Shown: positions 55,001 through 63,297 of the stretch, in pieces
How the letters are laid out: each line of letters starts with the position of its first letter
How positions within the stretch are numbered: the first letter of the stretch is position 1
IMG/VR virus record: IMGVR_UViG_3300042519_001676
Location: 20,295 to 84,294 of that record
Length of the DNA: 64,000 nucleotides
From: a virus
Direction: 5' to 3' (one strand)
The notes under the pieces: generated by a model
What the model saw: the letters and a program-made list of their open reading frames with translations, nothing else
Database searches by the model: none
What the model was told of the DNA's origin: nothing
Program-made: the position numbers and the translations under genes

Positions 55001-56315
55001 AAATATTTGTTACTGTGGTATTAGTAATAACTTCTAGAGAAATTTCTTTCAAATAGTTAATTGCGTCAACTGTTTGAGTAACTTCGTTTGCTATTAACGA
55101 ACTATTTCCACTCCAGTATGCAAGTCCGGCCTCAATACTACGTTTATTACCACCTAATCTTGCATCTCCTGCTACAGCATCAACAATGTAACCCACATCA
55201 CGATAGCATTTTGCTTGGTCGTATACTAAGTCTGGAAAAGTAGCTTCTACATATGCAACAGTTTGACTTTGTAAGAAAGTTCTATTTTGTTTTAAAAGTA
55301 CCTGTGCATTTCTATAACCTTCGTTTGCTGCATCATTTAATGCCATGCCTACAGCAATAGTTCCTGTATATAAAGTAACTGTAATTTGATTTTGATCAGC
55401 AATCCATGTACTAGTTCCTGCCGCTAATGGAATTTGAACTGTTTGGTTTGGCACCATCATTGTGCCATCTTTTAACCAAGGACCTGATTGATTAGTACAG
55501 TTCTGAATGTACGGAGAATAATAAATGTCAATCGGATTTTCTAAGTTAGGAGGAAATGCACAGCAATATGCACCAGTGGTATATGTGCCAGCACCGCCCG
55601 GTGCATATCTTTCGACTGCACCTCTACGTAGGTTACGCATCTGCATCTGTGCAATATAAACACCAGAGTTAACATGGAATAAGTCTAAGTCTTTGTTTAA
55701 AGGTTCAACGAATGTTGTACGTAAGTCGTTTCCAACCACGGATGTATACGGCTTCAACGGAATAGGATTATCTTCAAAGTATGTACCTGCCATAACTTTA
55801 ATAGCAGTACCCGATTGATAGAACGGGCTTCTTACAACTCCACTAATAGTACGGCAAGCACGGGTTGAGTCCATTGATGTCCCGTCGTTTTCGTCGTTAC
55901 CGTCAGGAGTTACATACAATGTATTACTGACCAGCGGTGCAGTTCCTTGGGGGATTCCTCTAACTGTAAAGTCACCATCTATAATTGCGTCTTGTTCAAC
56001 ACTAAAATTTCCGGCAACTCTAGCAGATTGATACGGAGTTAGAACAATGTCGCCATTATTGACCGATCCGTTGATTTCGATGTCAACCCCTGCCTGTGTG
56101 CCGGATATTACTTGTTCATCAAATTCTAATTTGCCAAGTGTATTGGTAAAAGTTACTCTGCCACTTTCATCTGTTTGTAAAGTAAAACCAGTATTTGCTT
56201 CAGGTGCGAGACCCAAAGCAGGTTGTGCTTGCTGAAGATTTAAATATTCGAATCTATTTTCTTTTAAATCTTCCGGACGCGATACGGGTTTTCGATTACT
56301 TAATAAACGTGGCAT
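49002..56315 (-). CDS. Giant probable virion protein: beta-helix-like scaffold with 10 KCxRD phycobiliprotein-like repeats
   Basis: LYVTPDGNDENDG, SPYIQNCT, FTSTDQNGDFRIG scaffold; 10 Y[DN]xxKCxRDxG repeats. Confidence 0.75.
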   Translation of the reverse strand: MPRLLSNRKPVSRPEDLKENRFEYLNLQQAQPALGLAPEANTGFTLQTDESGRVTFTNTLGKLEFDEQVISGTQAGVDIEINGSVNNGDIVLTPYQSARVAGNFSVEQDAIIDGDFTVRGIPQGTAPLVSNTLYVTPDGNDENDGTSMDSTRACRTISGVVRSPFYQSGTAIKVMAGTYFEDNPIPLKPYTSVVGNDLRTTFVEPLNKDLDLFHVNSGVYIAQMQMRNLRRGAVERYAPGGAGTYTTGAYCCAFPPNLENPIDIYYSPYIQNCTNQSGPWLKDGTMMVPNQTVQIPLAAGTSTWIADQNQITVTLYTGTIAVGMALNDAANEGYRNAQVLLKQNRTFLQSQTVAYVEATFPDLVYDQAKCYRDVGYIVDAVAGDARLGGNKRSIEAGLAYWSGNSSLIANEVTQTVDAINYLKEISLEVITNTTVTNIYSTLSNQVINLNLDKGQVVYTRAASSYDLIKNIIVDGEAAAPDTPTADLLGLIYPTGLSPNNVNVASTVTEITQLTTNTYVITLSTSTVSPSDNATVYFGYTTTYPYLDADIPAIWTADDGDKYVDRRLNPEGSGGGALVDGNAPSLRSPIQSFVFDAFTQLNQGGIGIHIINNGYAQLVSVFTIMCSQAVIVENGGIASITNSNANFGDTCLTAKGLGKLAFQGFIRNPAYPTNVPNGEYYPLGYWPQKQIMEVFIPNDRDRPHIGQVMEVVPPDTYINYEGNRVPYVNEAGYPGYLAVTSNTSTITTGSYTINDIDVTSIAVGHTLYVRDVLGMETHPVTGQPYITTGTQVVDVNYRSITLDTPILTGYTDLANANYFNLYFCGNAYYTVLSSSIDTSLSSTVTTEVTLVPGQETTTSLAISYAKKLALKIIQNEEITGLVYNQAKCKRDTGLIVDALALDLLYPTPELSQSNFAGLQYWNQENYINEITDEITTTTNAIRYVQELTREIVQGITTGTRYQSTVSQNVVGDFATAVEAGIVSDDFEVIIDIIIDGIAGVSDRIVPNGDQSTATNIVNAYSLLVANRSYIQTEAVAFVEYTKAPGFTYDSVKCYRDVGYMVDSVAFDLIHPNGNQASNRQAIQSGVYYYGYNASSTAIEGEIPQTTAAYNYIKQLMPFVLKGVTTSTYQTYLDQVTNLDAATDTEVLVVETLIDHITNIINSGPSVAEIKVPISLTESVDPNVYNAYRLLNANRAFIQEEVIAYINETYDSGTYQSEYQQIFDASLTGGIDAVPSLGEKFDIIADIIINGADSSPAIQRPRQYVDTNQNILNAKKLLDKNRLFIQNETVAFVDSIWPSKFSYDPVKCSRDTGLIVDSLAQDLLFNGTSQSTFAGIQYWNQGLTVIPGEQTTTTNAVKYLKSLAQKVVTNTTSTYNYQSTVTQVVSTITSSTSLISAVVGTNFNVIVDILDNGTDGITDKIVPNALSASTASARLAAYNLLQQNRNYLQHETVAWVEANANFVYDSVKCARDTGLIVDSIALDLLYPTATDSQSNFAGLQYWNQSNYVGSIAEEITTTTNAIIHVSSIAQKVVVGDLSGTRYQSTVTQTTSTASGGILDAVAVGTDFGVILNILSTGTAGVTDIIVPNGRRSITTATVNAYNLLIANKPYLVAEAIAYVEDTKTAEFEYDQTKCARDVGYMVDSVAFDLLHGGNKQAVQSGVLYYGYDSTSTAVPNEIPQTTAAYNRIKEILPSILTGVTITPSLGNSTIQVTYMLPSSTAQITAAQAKVDKITNIINNGPAAASELFPISLTPSTDTNADRAYDLLVANREFIKDEIIAYIDSTFTGFVYDKDKCFRDVGYMIDSVSFDVLYGGNKQSVQSGVYYYGYLEDSTAIPNEIPQTTSAYNFIEQIVSDIVTGTLIAEPQQSTVVQVVSTLTGTTVEADLIKSNVNLINNIIEYGPDEVLAKEPIALTRSTSTSVINAANLLNANRDFIRAETIAFINNEYNTGFLYDKTKCRRDTGLIVDSIAFDLLYEGTTESTFAGLQYWNQDTYVGTIRGEITTTTNAIRYLKQVVGDIVLNNTVVATTGNNTVQVTNLPSSTEGIAGVLTGNVDVILNILSNGTGGVTDIIVPNGVVQTSTDIVTAIDLLEANANFIKDEVIARIDLDNTEFEYDRTKCRRDIGYIVDSIGFDLQHGGNRQSVTSGVYYYGFNAADTAIDDQIPQTTAAYNYIRELVDKIIQGTAIPVTYQKKVPQVLSSAVGTPAEVSLVQAKIDNITNIIENGPGVAPTQEPISAVASTSTAVVNSFSILLANRAFVQAEVVAYIDAVFTDATNYDRAKCFRDTGAIVDAVGYDLIYGGNYNSVNTGNGYFLRKGQYHLVRLEQNVTDPTLFIDGASVRFYQQSYISASGYLFEYVGAGTQYGALPQVGTADPQQSKEVVQLNNGKVFFTSTDQNGDFRIGPTLVISQSTGVLSGRTFQKSLYAEMTPFILVVGA

Positions 56316-56335
56316 TGCTTTCTCTTTAAAATATT

Positions 56336-56722
56336 TTAGTTGTTAGCTGTTTCGAGAATACTCAATACTAACTTCATAGTGCCGTTAGCATCTGTGAACG
56401 CTCGAATACTATCTTGTGCTTCTAAAATCATTTTACCAGTGATCAAACTTGCTGAATCGTTTGGCGGTACTTCAAAGTTCTGAACTAGTTCTGTAGTAAT
56501 GTTAGGTTCTTGTGAGTTGTTGCCCTGTGCATCTGGCAGCACTCTAAAACGTCTGTGATGACTGAATGTAATAGTGTGCGATGCAGTAGGGTCAACGTTT
56601 GCAACCTGAGCCATTAGTACAATTGAAGTAACACCAATAGGTGCAACATATACTGTCGCTGTTGAATTTGTATCTAATACTTTTGTTTTTGTTTTAAACG
56701 TGTTTAATGGAATTAATGCCAT
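56336..56722 (-). CDS. Small structural/adaptor protein
   Basis: 128-aa beta-rich ORF (YVAPIGVTSIVLMAQVAN...LSILETAN) between the two giant paralogs; SD AGGAG. Confidence 0.7.
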   Translation of the reverse strand: MALIPLNTFKTKTKVLDTNSTATVYVAPIGVTSIVLMAQVANVDPTASHTITFSHHRRFRVLPDAQGNNSQEPNITTELVQNFEVPPNDSASLITGKMILEAQDSIRAFTDANGTMKLVLSILETANN

Positions 56723-56733
56723 ATATTTCTCCT

Positions 56734-59700
56734 TTATTCTCCGCCCGTCTCAACTGCTAAGATGAAGGGCGTCATCTGAGCGAATAAACTCTTTTCAAAT
56801 GTTCTTCCTGATAATACACCAGTTGCCTGACTAATTACCAACGTTGGTCCAATTCGGAAATCTCCGTTCTGATCCGTTGAAGTAAAGAACACCTTACCAT
56901 TATTTAACTGAACTACTTCTTTGCTCTGTACAGGATCAACACGACCTACTTGAGGTAATGCACCGTACTGTGTGCCGGCACCGCAGTATTCAAACAAATA
57001 ACCAGATGCACTTTGATAACTTCTTTGATAGAAATTAACAGTACTACCGTCAATATATAACAACGGGTTCCTCACGTTGTCTTCAATTGTAACTATATGA
57101 TAAGTTCCGTCTCTTGTGTAATATGTTTTAGCTGCTTCAACTGCACGGAAGTTTCCGCCAGTTGCTAAATCAGCAACTATTGCATCAATCATCAAACCAA
57201 CGTCTCTTCGACATTTTTGTCTGTTGTATTCAAAGCCACCAAACTCATTTGCAATGTATGCAATGACTTCTGCTTTGATAAAATCTTTGTTTGCATTTAA
57301 TAATGCAAATGCTCGTGCTACCGCCTGACTAGTATCCATTACTAAACCAATTGCTTTTCTTTCTTCTGCAACAGACGGACCATTAGATAAAATATTAGTA
57401 ATAACATCAATCTTAGATTGTAATGTAACGGCCTCTGCATCAGTTGCAGGCAATAGATTAGTAATCTGTGCTATTGCATTTTGATACTTAGGACTAATCG
57501 GAGTTCCGGTTATAATATCTCCTACTAGTCCTTTGATAAAGTTATATGCCGCAGTAGTCTGAGGAATCTCTCCTACAATAGTAGAACTAGTTGCATCAAA
57601 GTTATAGTAATATACCCCAGCCATTATACTCTGTCTGTTACCACCGTGTACTAGGTCAATAGAAACGCTGTCAATAATGTAGCCAACATCACGAGAGCAT
57701 TTGGCTTGATCGTATGTAAATCCAGGATGGTTAGCAGTGATCCAACTAATTACCTGAGCCTGTATAGTTGACTTGCTAGCCTGTAGAGAATCAAATGATG
57801 CTAACGCACCGGCGTCTGTTGTTTTGTATCCGTTAGCTACAATAATATCTGATACGCCAACTGTTCCATTCTCTAAAATTTCTAGTATTTCGTCAAATCG
57901 TTGTCCAACTACTACTCCACCACTACCTGCTGCCGACACTGCTAGACCTTTTGCATATTCAATCGCAGCAGTAGTTGTGGTAATTTGGCCGCCAATGCCG
58001 TCAACGTAATTAGTTTGACTCCAGTATTGTAAGCCTGCAAATGTACTCTGTGAAGTATCGTCATACAACATGTCCATAGCAATACTGTCAATAATTAATC
58101 CAGTATCTCTCCTACACTTATTCTCATCGTATGTGAATCCGCCAAATATATCATCAGTGTATCCAACTACTTCGTTCTGAATAAAAATTTTATTTAATTT
58201 TAGTAATTCAATTGCACTTTCATAATAATCTGCTCTAGTGCCAGTTGATTGTACAGCCGGTGCAACTTGTGGGCCAGATAAAATTACATTGGTGATAATA
58301 TTAAGACGATCTCTAATGAAAGAAATAGTATTTTCACCACCTTGATAACTTGTATTAATATTTTGACTAACCGTAGTAGTATATGTTCCAGTGAATGCTA
58401 CATTGGAAACTACTGCACTTGCTAATTTCTTTAAGTGATTAATAGCATCAATAGTTTCTGTTTCTTGTCCAAGAATTTTACTTTGTCCTGTTGGGTACGG
58501 GCTTTCTGCTACTACACTGGTCAACACATTATAATATGCATTTCCACAGCAATAGATATTGAAGTAGAAACCGTTTCCGTATTCTCCGCCGCCCGTTTCA
58601 ATGGGATTACTTAAAGTAATAGATTGATAGTTTACTTCTACAATTGTTGTACCAGTAGAAAGATATCTAGTACCTTCTCCGTTGTCAGGTGCTTCGTAAC
58701 CAAATTGATCTTTAATAAAAACTTCTTGCCCTACGCTTGCACCAGTGACGTCAATTCCAGAAATAGTGTAGCTGCCAGTTGTTATCGAGCTAGTGTTAAT
58801 AATTGCTGTTAAGAATCCAGGATAGCCTTGTTCATTTCTGTATGGCACTACCTCGCCGTCATAGTTTACATACTGATCCGGGGGCTCTACCTCCATTACT
58901 AAACTAATGTGTGGCCTGTTGAGTGGGTCTGGAACAAATACACCAACTTGCTGTCGGTATGGGAAGAACCCCTGCGGATAATATTCGTTTGGTTCAAATT
59001 CGTTCGTCAGCTCATTGTAAGCAATGTTTGCTGGGTTATAGATTGTACCGCCAAACTTTCTTTTGCCGTAACCTGTTGATAATAAACATAAATCGCCAAA
59101 GTTATTGTTAGAGTTAGTAATAGAAGCAATGCCTCCACTAGCAGTTTCGACAGCAACATTACAGAAAATTGTAAACACAGAAACTAACTGTGCATAACCT
59201 TCGTTAATAATGTGAATGCCGCGGCCGCCTTGTGTAATTTGCGTAAACGCATCAAACACAAACGACTGAATCGGACTTCTACGGCTTGGAGCATTTCCGT
59301 CAACTAGAGCTCCGCCACCCGAACCGTTTGGATCAATACGACGATCTGCATAACCGTTTTCACTCCACTCGCCTGGCATATTTTTATCTTCAACTGGGTA
59401 TACTGATGTATATCCAATATAGATAGTGTCGTTTACGGCTGCACTAACTGTAGAAGTGCTTAGATTAATAATGAATTGTGTTAGGGTACTATTTGTACTA
59501 AACGGAGCATAAGCCGGGCCGTTGTTAATAATAGTAGTAATAGCATTAAAATTACTGTCAACTAGATCTCTTGCAACATCGCCGCTTGGTAACTGACTAT
59601 TGATAATCTGAGAAACTACCGCTGTCATTGTGGTAGAACTTGTTCCAGGAATAATTGTTTCCATCGATTCTTGATAGAAAGATGTAACTGGATTGTTAGC

Positions 59701-62700
59701 AATAACGTCAAGTGCAATGCTCTTGATATATTGAATTGCACCGGCAGTTTCTTTTAATTGTCCTTCAATTACACTAACAGCACCGTCCCAATACGATAGT
59801 CCTGCTTCAAGAGAGTTCACATTTGACCTACGAATAATATCATTTGCAATTGCATCAACAATTAATCCAACATCTCTAAAACATTTTTCTTCGTTGTAAT
59901 TAAATTCGTAGGGTTGGATAAATGTCTTGTTTACAAACTCAACAGTTTCAGCAACGATAAAAGCTCTGTTGTCTTTTAATATCTGGTATGCACGAGCAAT
60001 ATTAGTTGAAGTACTAGCTGCCAATGTGATAGGCACTTGGACCGGAGCTTCGCTTGGTCCTTTCTTAATTATTCTTTTAATTAAGTTTATATTTTCAGTA
60101 ATTGCTTTGGCTTCATTAATACTTGCACCCAAGTAGTCAAAATTTTGTTCAACTTCAGTTTGATAAACTTTTGTAGCTGGAATACGTTGAACTACCTTCT
60201 CAATCAATGTGCCCATAAATTTATATGCTGCCATTGTTTGTGGAACTTCGTTAACTAATACGGTACTAGTACTATTATATCCGTAGTAATATACACCAGC
60301 CTGAACGCTTTGTCTATTGCCACCACGTAACAAGTCCATAGCCACACTGTCAATTACATAAGTAACATCTCTTCGACATTTTGTTTGATCGTATGTAAAA
60401 CCTGGATTGTTTGTGTTTATCCATGCAATAACTTCGTCTGCAATAAAATCTTTATTTCCTATTAAATTATTAATTGCATTAGTTATGGAAGTACCTGTGT
60501 TAATATCACCGTTAGGCACTATTATGTCAGTTACTCCAATAGTCCCGTCAGTGATAATATCAATTACCGTATCAAATTTTAACCCTAAAATATCTGCGGT
60601 GGTAATATCAGTTCCTGTACTAATATATTGTGTTAACGTGCCCTGCGGAGAAATTGCAATTCCTTGAACAATATCTTTAGAAATGTCTCTTGCAAAAGTG
60701 AAGGCGTTAGTTGTAGTAGTTTCTTCACCTGGAATAACTGTATTAGTTTGATTCCAGTATTGTAGTCCTGCAAAAGTACTTTGACTAGATCCGCCATGTA
60801 CTAAATCTAAGACCAAGCCGTCCAAAATTAGTCCAGTATCTCGTCCACACTTTTCTTCATTATATTCAAAATCTAAGTTAGTAAAGGTAACATCGATATA
60901 GTTAACTACTTCGTGCTGTAAAAATGCTTTGTTAGCAACTAATAGATTGTAAGCAGCAACAATTCCAGGAATGGAACTGATACTTCCGTTGTTTACAATT
61001 GTTGGGACTAATAGTCCATCATTAATCAGTGCGTTAATTAACTCTATATTTCTAGTAGTAAGTTCTACAGCAGCGTTTGTACCTGTAACTAAGTTAGTCA
61101 CTTGAGTTACCGTAGTTTGATAGCCGTCGTTTATCTCTTGTTGGAGAATAACATCTCTTACTATCATGCCTAAATAATTAAATGCTGCAATTGTTTCATC
61201 TACTTCGTCAGCTATAGCAATACCGCCAAGGTAAGCACTTCCGGCAGCAACTGATTGTTCATTGCCACCGTACAACAAATCTGTAGCAATGGCATCAATA
61301 ATGTAGCCAGTATCTCTAAAACATTTTGCTCTGTCGTATTCAAAACTAGGAATTGGTTGTCCAACGTATGTGTTATTAACAAACGCTACTGTTTCAGCTT
61401 GTAAGAATCCTCTATTTGCATTTAACAATGCTGCGGCATTTTCATAACCGGTATTGTTTCTTATAATGTCAATTAATAAATCCATCAACATGACAATATT
61501 GTCTTCGGCAATATCACCGTCAACTAATTCTATGTCTACTACTTGATTAGCAATATTTCCTGCACTCTGTATAGTTGACAGATCTGCATTATTAACAATC
61601 CCTACCGCAAATGTTTTAATTCTTTCAAATGCTGCAATAGTTGGAATTGTTTCTTCGCCGAGAATTTGTACATTGCCAAGATAGTAAGAACGACCCGTGT
61701 CAACAATTTTTTCATTACCGCCAAGTACTGCATCGTTTATCAATGCATCTATAACATATCCTGCATCTCTTCGACATTTTGTTTGATCGTAAACCAGTTC
61801 TGGATAAGCAACATTAATATATGCAAGTACTTCTTCTTGCATATAAGATTTATTCAAAGTCAATAATTGTTTTGCGTTCCTAAAGCCGGGATCTGGGTTT
61901 TCAACTGACTCAATCGTAGCAATCGGTGCATCGTCTTCAATTAGAATGCCTGAGCCGTTCACTGCCATACCAATCTTAGGCATCTGTGCAGTTACTTCAG
62001 GTTGAATATTAATTGTAATTGTAGTAGTACTGGACGCATAGGTTGCAGTTGCTACTACTAACGGAATTTGAACAATCTGATTTGGCACAAACATTGTGCC
62101 ATCATATAGCCACGGACCTGACTGGTTAGTACAGTTTTGAATATACGGACTATGGAATAGATCAATAGGATTATCTAGTCGAGGAGGAAATGCAACACAA
62201 TATGCACCAGTGGTATATGTGCCAGCACCGCCTGGTTGATAGCGAGTAACTTCACCACGTCGCAGATTTAACATGGTCATACCTGTGATATAAACACCAG
62301 AGTTTACATGGAACAAGTCAACTGTTTTATTCAACGGCTCTACAAACACACCTCGCAAGCTATCGCCGTATACTGACGTATACGGTAATAATGGAATAGG
62401 ATTATCTTCTGCATAATAACCCGGTGCTATTTTAATAACTGTGCCTTGTTTAAAATAAGGACTGCGTGTAGCTCCAGTAATTGTGCGGCAAGCACGAGTT
62501 GCATCCATTGCACGGCCATCGTTGTCGTCGCTTCCGTTTTCGTTTACATACAAAATATTATTAACAACAGGTGCAGTACCCAAAGGACTGCCACCATACA
62601 CACGGATGTCTCCGTTAATCTGTACGCTCTTGTTTAAAGTTCTTTCTAACAACGGAATATCAGGAAAGAACTGTATGCTAGTAGCAGTTCCAGCAGTGTC

Positions 62701-63297
62701 AATCTGTTTTGTGTAGATATTTTCTAAGTATGCACTTTGCCAATAGCTAGCAGTGTTACCTAAACTGTATTCAGAAACAATTTCTGTACTGGTGTAAAAA
62801 TCAGTTACTGTTAAGCCAGTAGTTGTACTGATGTATGTTGAGAAAGTTCCACTACTAATATAAGGAAGTATATCGCTTTCTACTTCACCAAACAATTGAA
62901 TAGTGTCTGTAGATGTAGTATCACCTAATTTGATATTTCCTTGTGCAAAGAAATTACCTGTGGCAAAAACATCGCCGTCTACTCTTAGATCAGATTCAAC
63001 AAATGTATCGTCGTCGCCGCCTGGAGCAATTGTGAACGGTCCAAAGATTGTGGAAAGTGTGCTACTTGAAGTAGAGCTTTCAATAGTAACTAGTCCGATA
63101 GTTGCAGTATCTGCTATCAGAACTTTTGTTGTGAGTGTGCCGTTTACTTCTAATTCAGTACGAGGAGCATCGGTTCGAATACCTATGCGGCCATTAACAA
63201 CATCAATGTATAGCAGATCGGTTTCGACTGCAATGTTGACTCCATCCCTAAGCAGATTTTGTGCTAAGAGTGGGCCCGTTATACGACCTACGGCCAT
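56734..63297 (-). CDS. Giant probable virion protein, paralog of 49002-56315, with 8 KCxRD repeats
   Basis: MAVGRITGPLL start, SD GGGAG; same scaffold motifs and near-identical C-terminus; 8 repeats. Confidence 0.75.
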   Translation of the reverse strand: MAVGRITGPLLAQNLLRDGVNIAVETDLLYIDVVNGRIGIRTDAPRTELEVNGTLTTKVLIADTATIGLVTIESSTSSSTLSTIFGPFTIAPGGDDDTFVESDLRVDGDVFATGNFFAQGNIKLGDTTSTDTIQLFGEVESDILPYISSGTFSTYISTTTGLTVTDFYTSTEIVSEYSLGNTASYWQSAYLENIYTKQIDTAGTATSIQFFPDIPLLERTLNKSVQINGDIRVYGGSPLGTAPVVNNILYVNENGSDDNDGRAMDATRACRTITGATRSPYFKQGTVIKIAPGYYAEDNPIPLLPYTSVYGDSLRGVFVEPLNKTVDLFHVNSGVYITGMTMLNLRRGEVTRYQPGGAGTYTTGAYCVAFPPRLDNPIDLFHSPYIQNCTNQSGPWLYDGTMFVPNQIVQIPLVVATATYASSTTTITINIQPEVTAQMPKIGMAVNGSGILIEDDAPIATIESVENPDPGFRNAKQLLTLNKSYMQEEVLAYINVAYPELVYDQTKCRRDAGYVIDALINDAVLGGNEKIVDTGRSYYLGNVQILGEETIPTIAAFERIKTFAVGIVNNADLSTIQSAGNIANQVVDIELVDGDIAEDNIVMLMDLLIDIIRNNTGYENAAALLNANRGFLQAETVAFVNNTYVGQPIPSFEYDRAKCFRDTGYIIDAIATDLLYGGNEQSVAAGSAYLGGIAIADEVDETIAAFNYLGMIVRDVILQQEINDGYQTTVTQVTNLVTGTNAAVELTTRNIELINALINDGLLVPTIVNNGSISSIPGIVAAYNLLVANKAFLQHEVVNYIDVTFTNLDFEYNEEKCGRDTGLILDGLVLDLVHGGSSQSTFAGLQYWNQTNTVIPGEETTTTNAFTFARDISKDIVQGIAISPQGTLTQYISTGTDITTADILGLKFDTVIDIITDGTIGVTDIIVPNGDINTGTSITNAINNLIGNKDFIADEVIAWINTNNPGFTYDQTKCRRDVTYVIDSVAMDLLRGGNRQSVQAGVYYYGYNSTSTVLVNEVPQTMAAYKFMGTLIEKVVQRIPATKVYQTEVEQNFDYLGASINEAKAITENINLIKRIIKKGPSEAPVQVPITLAASTSTNIARAYQILKDNRAFIVAETVEFVNKTFIQPYEFNYNEEKCFRDVGLIVDAIANDIIRRSNVNSLEAGLSYWDGAVSVIEGQLKETAGAIQYIKSIALDVIANNPVTSFYQESMETIIPGTSSTTMTAVVSQIINSQLPSGDVARDLVDSNFNAITTIINNGPAYAPFSTNSTLTQFIINLSTSTVSAAVNDTIYIGYTSVYPVEDKNMPGEWSENGYADRRIDPNGSGGGALVDGNAPSRRSPIQSFVFDAFTQITQGGRGIHIINEGYAQLVSVFTIFCNVAVETASGGIASITNSNNNFGDLCLLSTGYGKRKFGGTIYNPANIAYNELTNEFEPNEYYPQGFFPYRQQVGVFVPDPLNRPHISLVMEVEPPDQYVNYDGEVVPYRNEQGYPGFLTAIINTSSITTGSYTISGIDVTGASVGQEVFIKDQFGYEAPDNGEGTRYLSTGTTIVEVNYQSITLSNPIETGGGEYGNGFYFNIYCCGNAYYNVLTSVVAESPYPTGQSKILGQETETIDAINHLKKLASAVVSNVAFTGTYTTTVSQNINTSYQGGENTISFIRDRLNIITNVILSGPQVAPAVQSTGTRADYYESAIELLKLNKIFIQNEVVGYTDDIFGGFTYDENKCRRDTGLIIDSIAMDMLYDDTSQSTFAGLQYWSQTNYVDGIGGQITTTTAAIEYAKGLAVSAAGSGGVVVGQRFDEILEILENGTVGVSDIIVANGYKTTDAGALASFDSLQASKSTIQAQVISWITANHPGFTYDQAKCSRDVGYIIDSVSIDLVHGGNRQSIMAGVYYYNFDATSSTIVGEIPQTTAAYNFIKGLVGDIITGTPISPKYQNAIAQITNLLPATDAEAVTLQSKIDVITNILSNGPSVAEERKAIGLVMDTSQAVARAFALLNANKDFIKAEVIAYIANEFGGFEYNRQKCRRDVGLMIDAIVADLATGGNFRAVEAAKTYYTRDGTYHIVTIEDNVRNPLLYIDGSTVNFYQRSYQSASGYLFEYCGAGTQYGALPQVGRVDPVQSKEVVQLNNGKVFFTSTDQNGDFRIGPTLVISQATGVLSGRTFEKSLFAQMTPFILAVETGGE

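Noticed and set aside
49002-63297. Concluding the host is a cyanobacterium from the phycobiliprotein-like repeats
   Set aside because: No photosynthesis, bilin synthesis or other cyanophage marker genes in this window; host cannot be inferred
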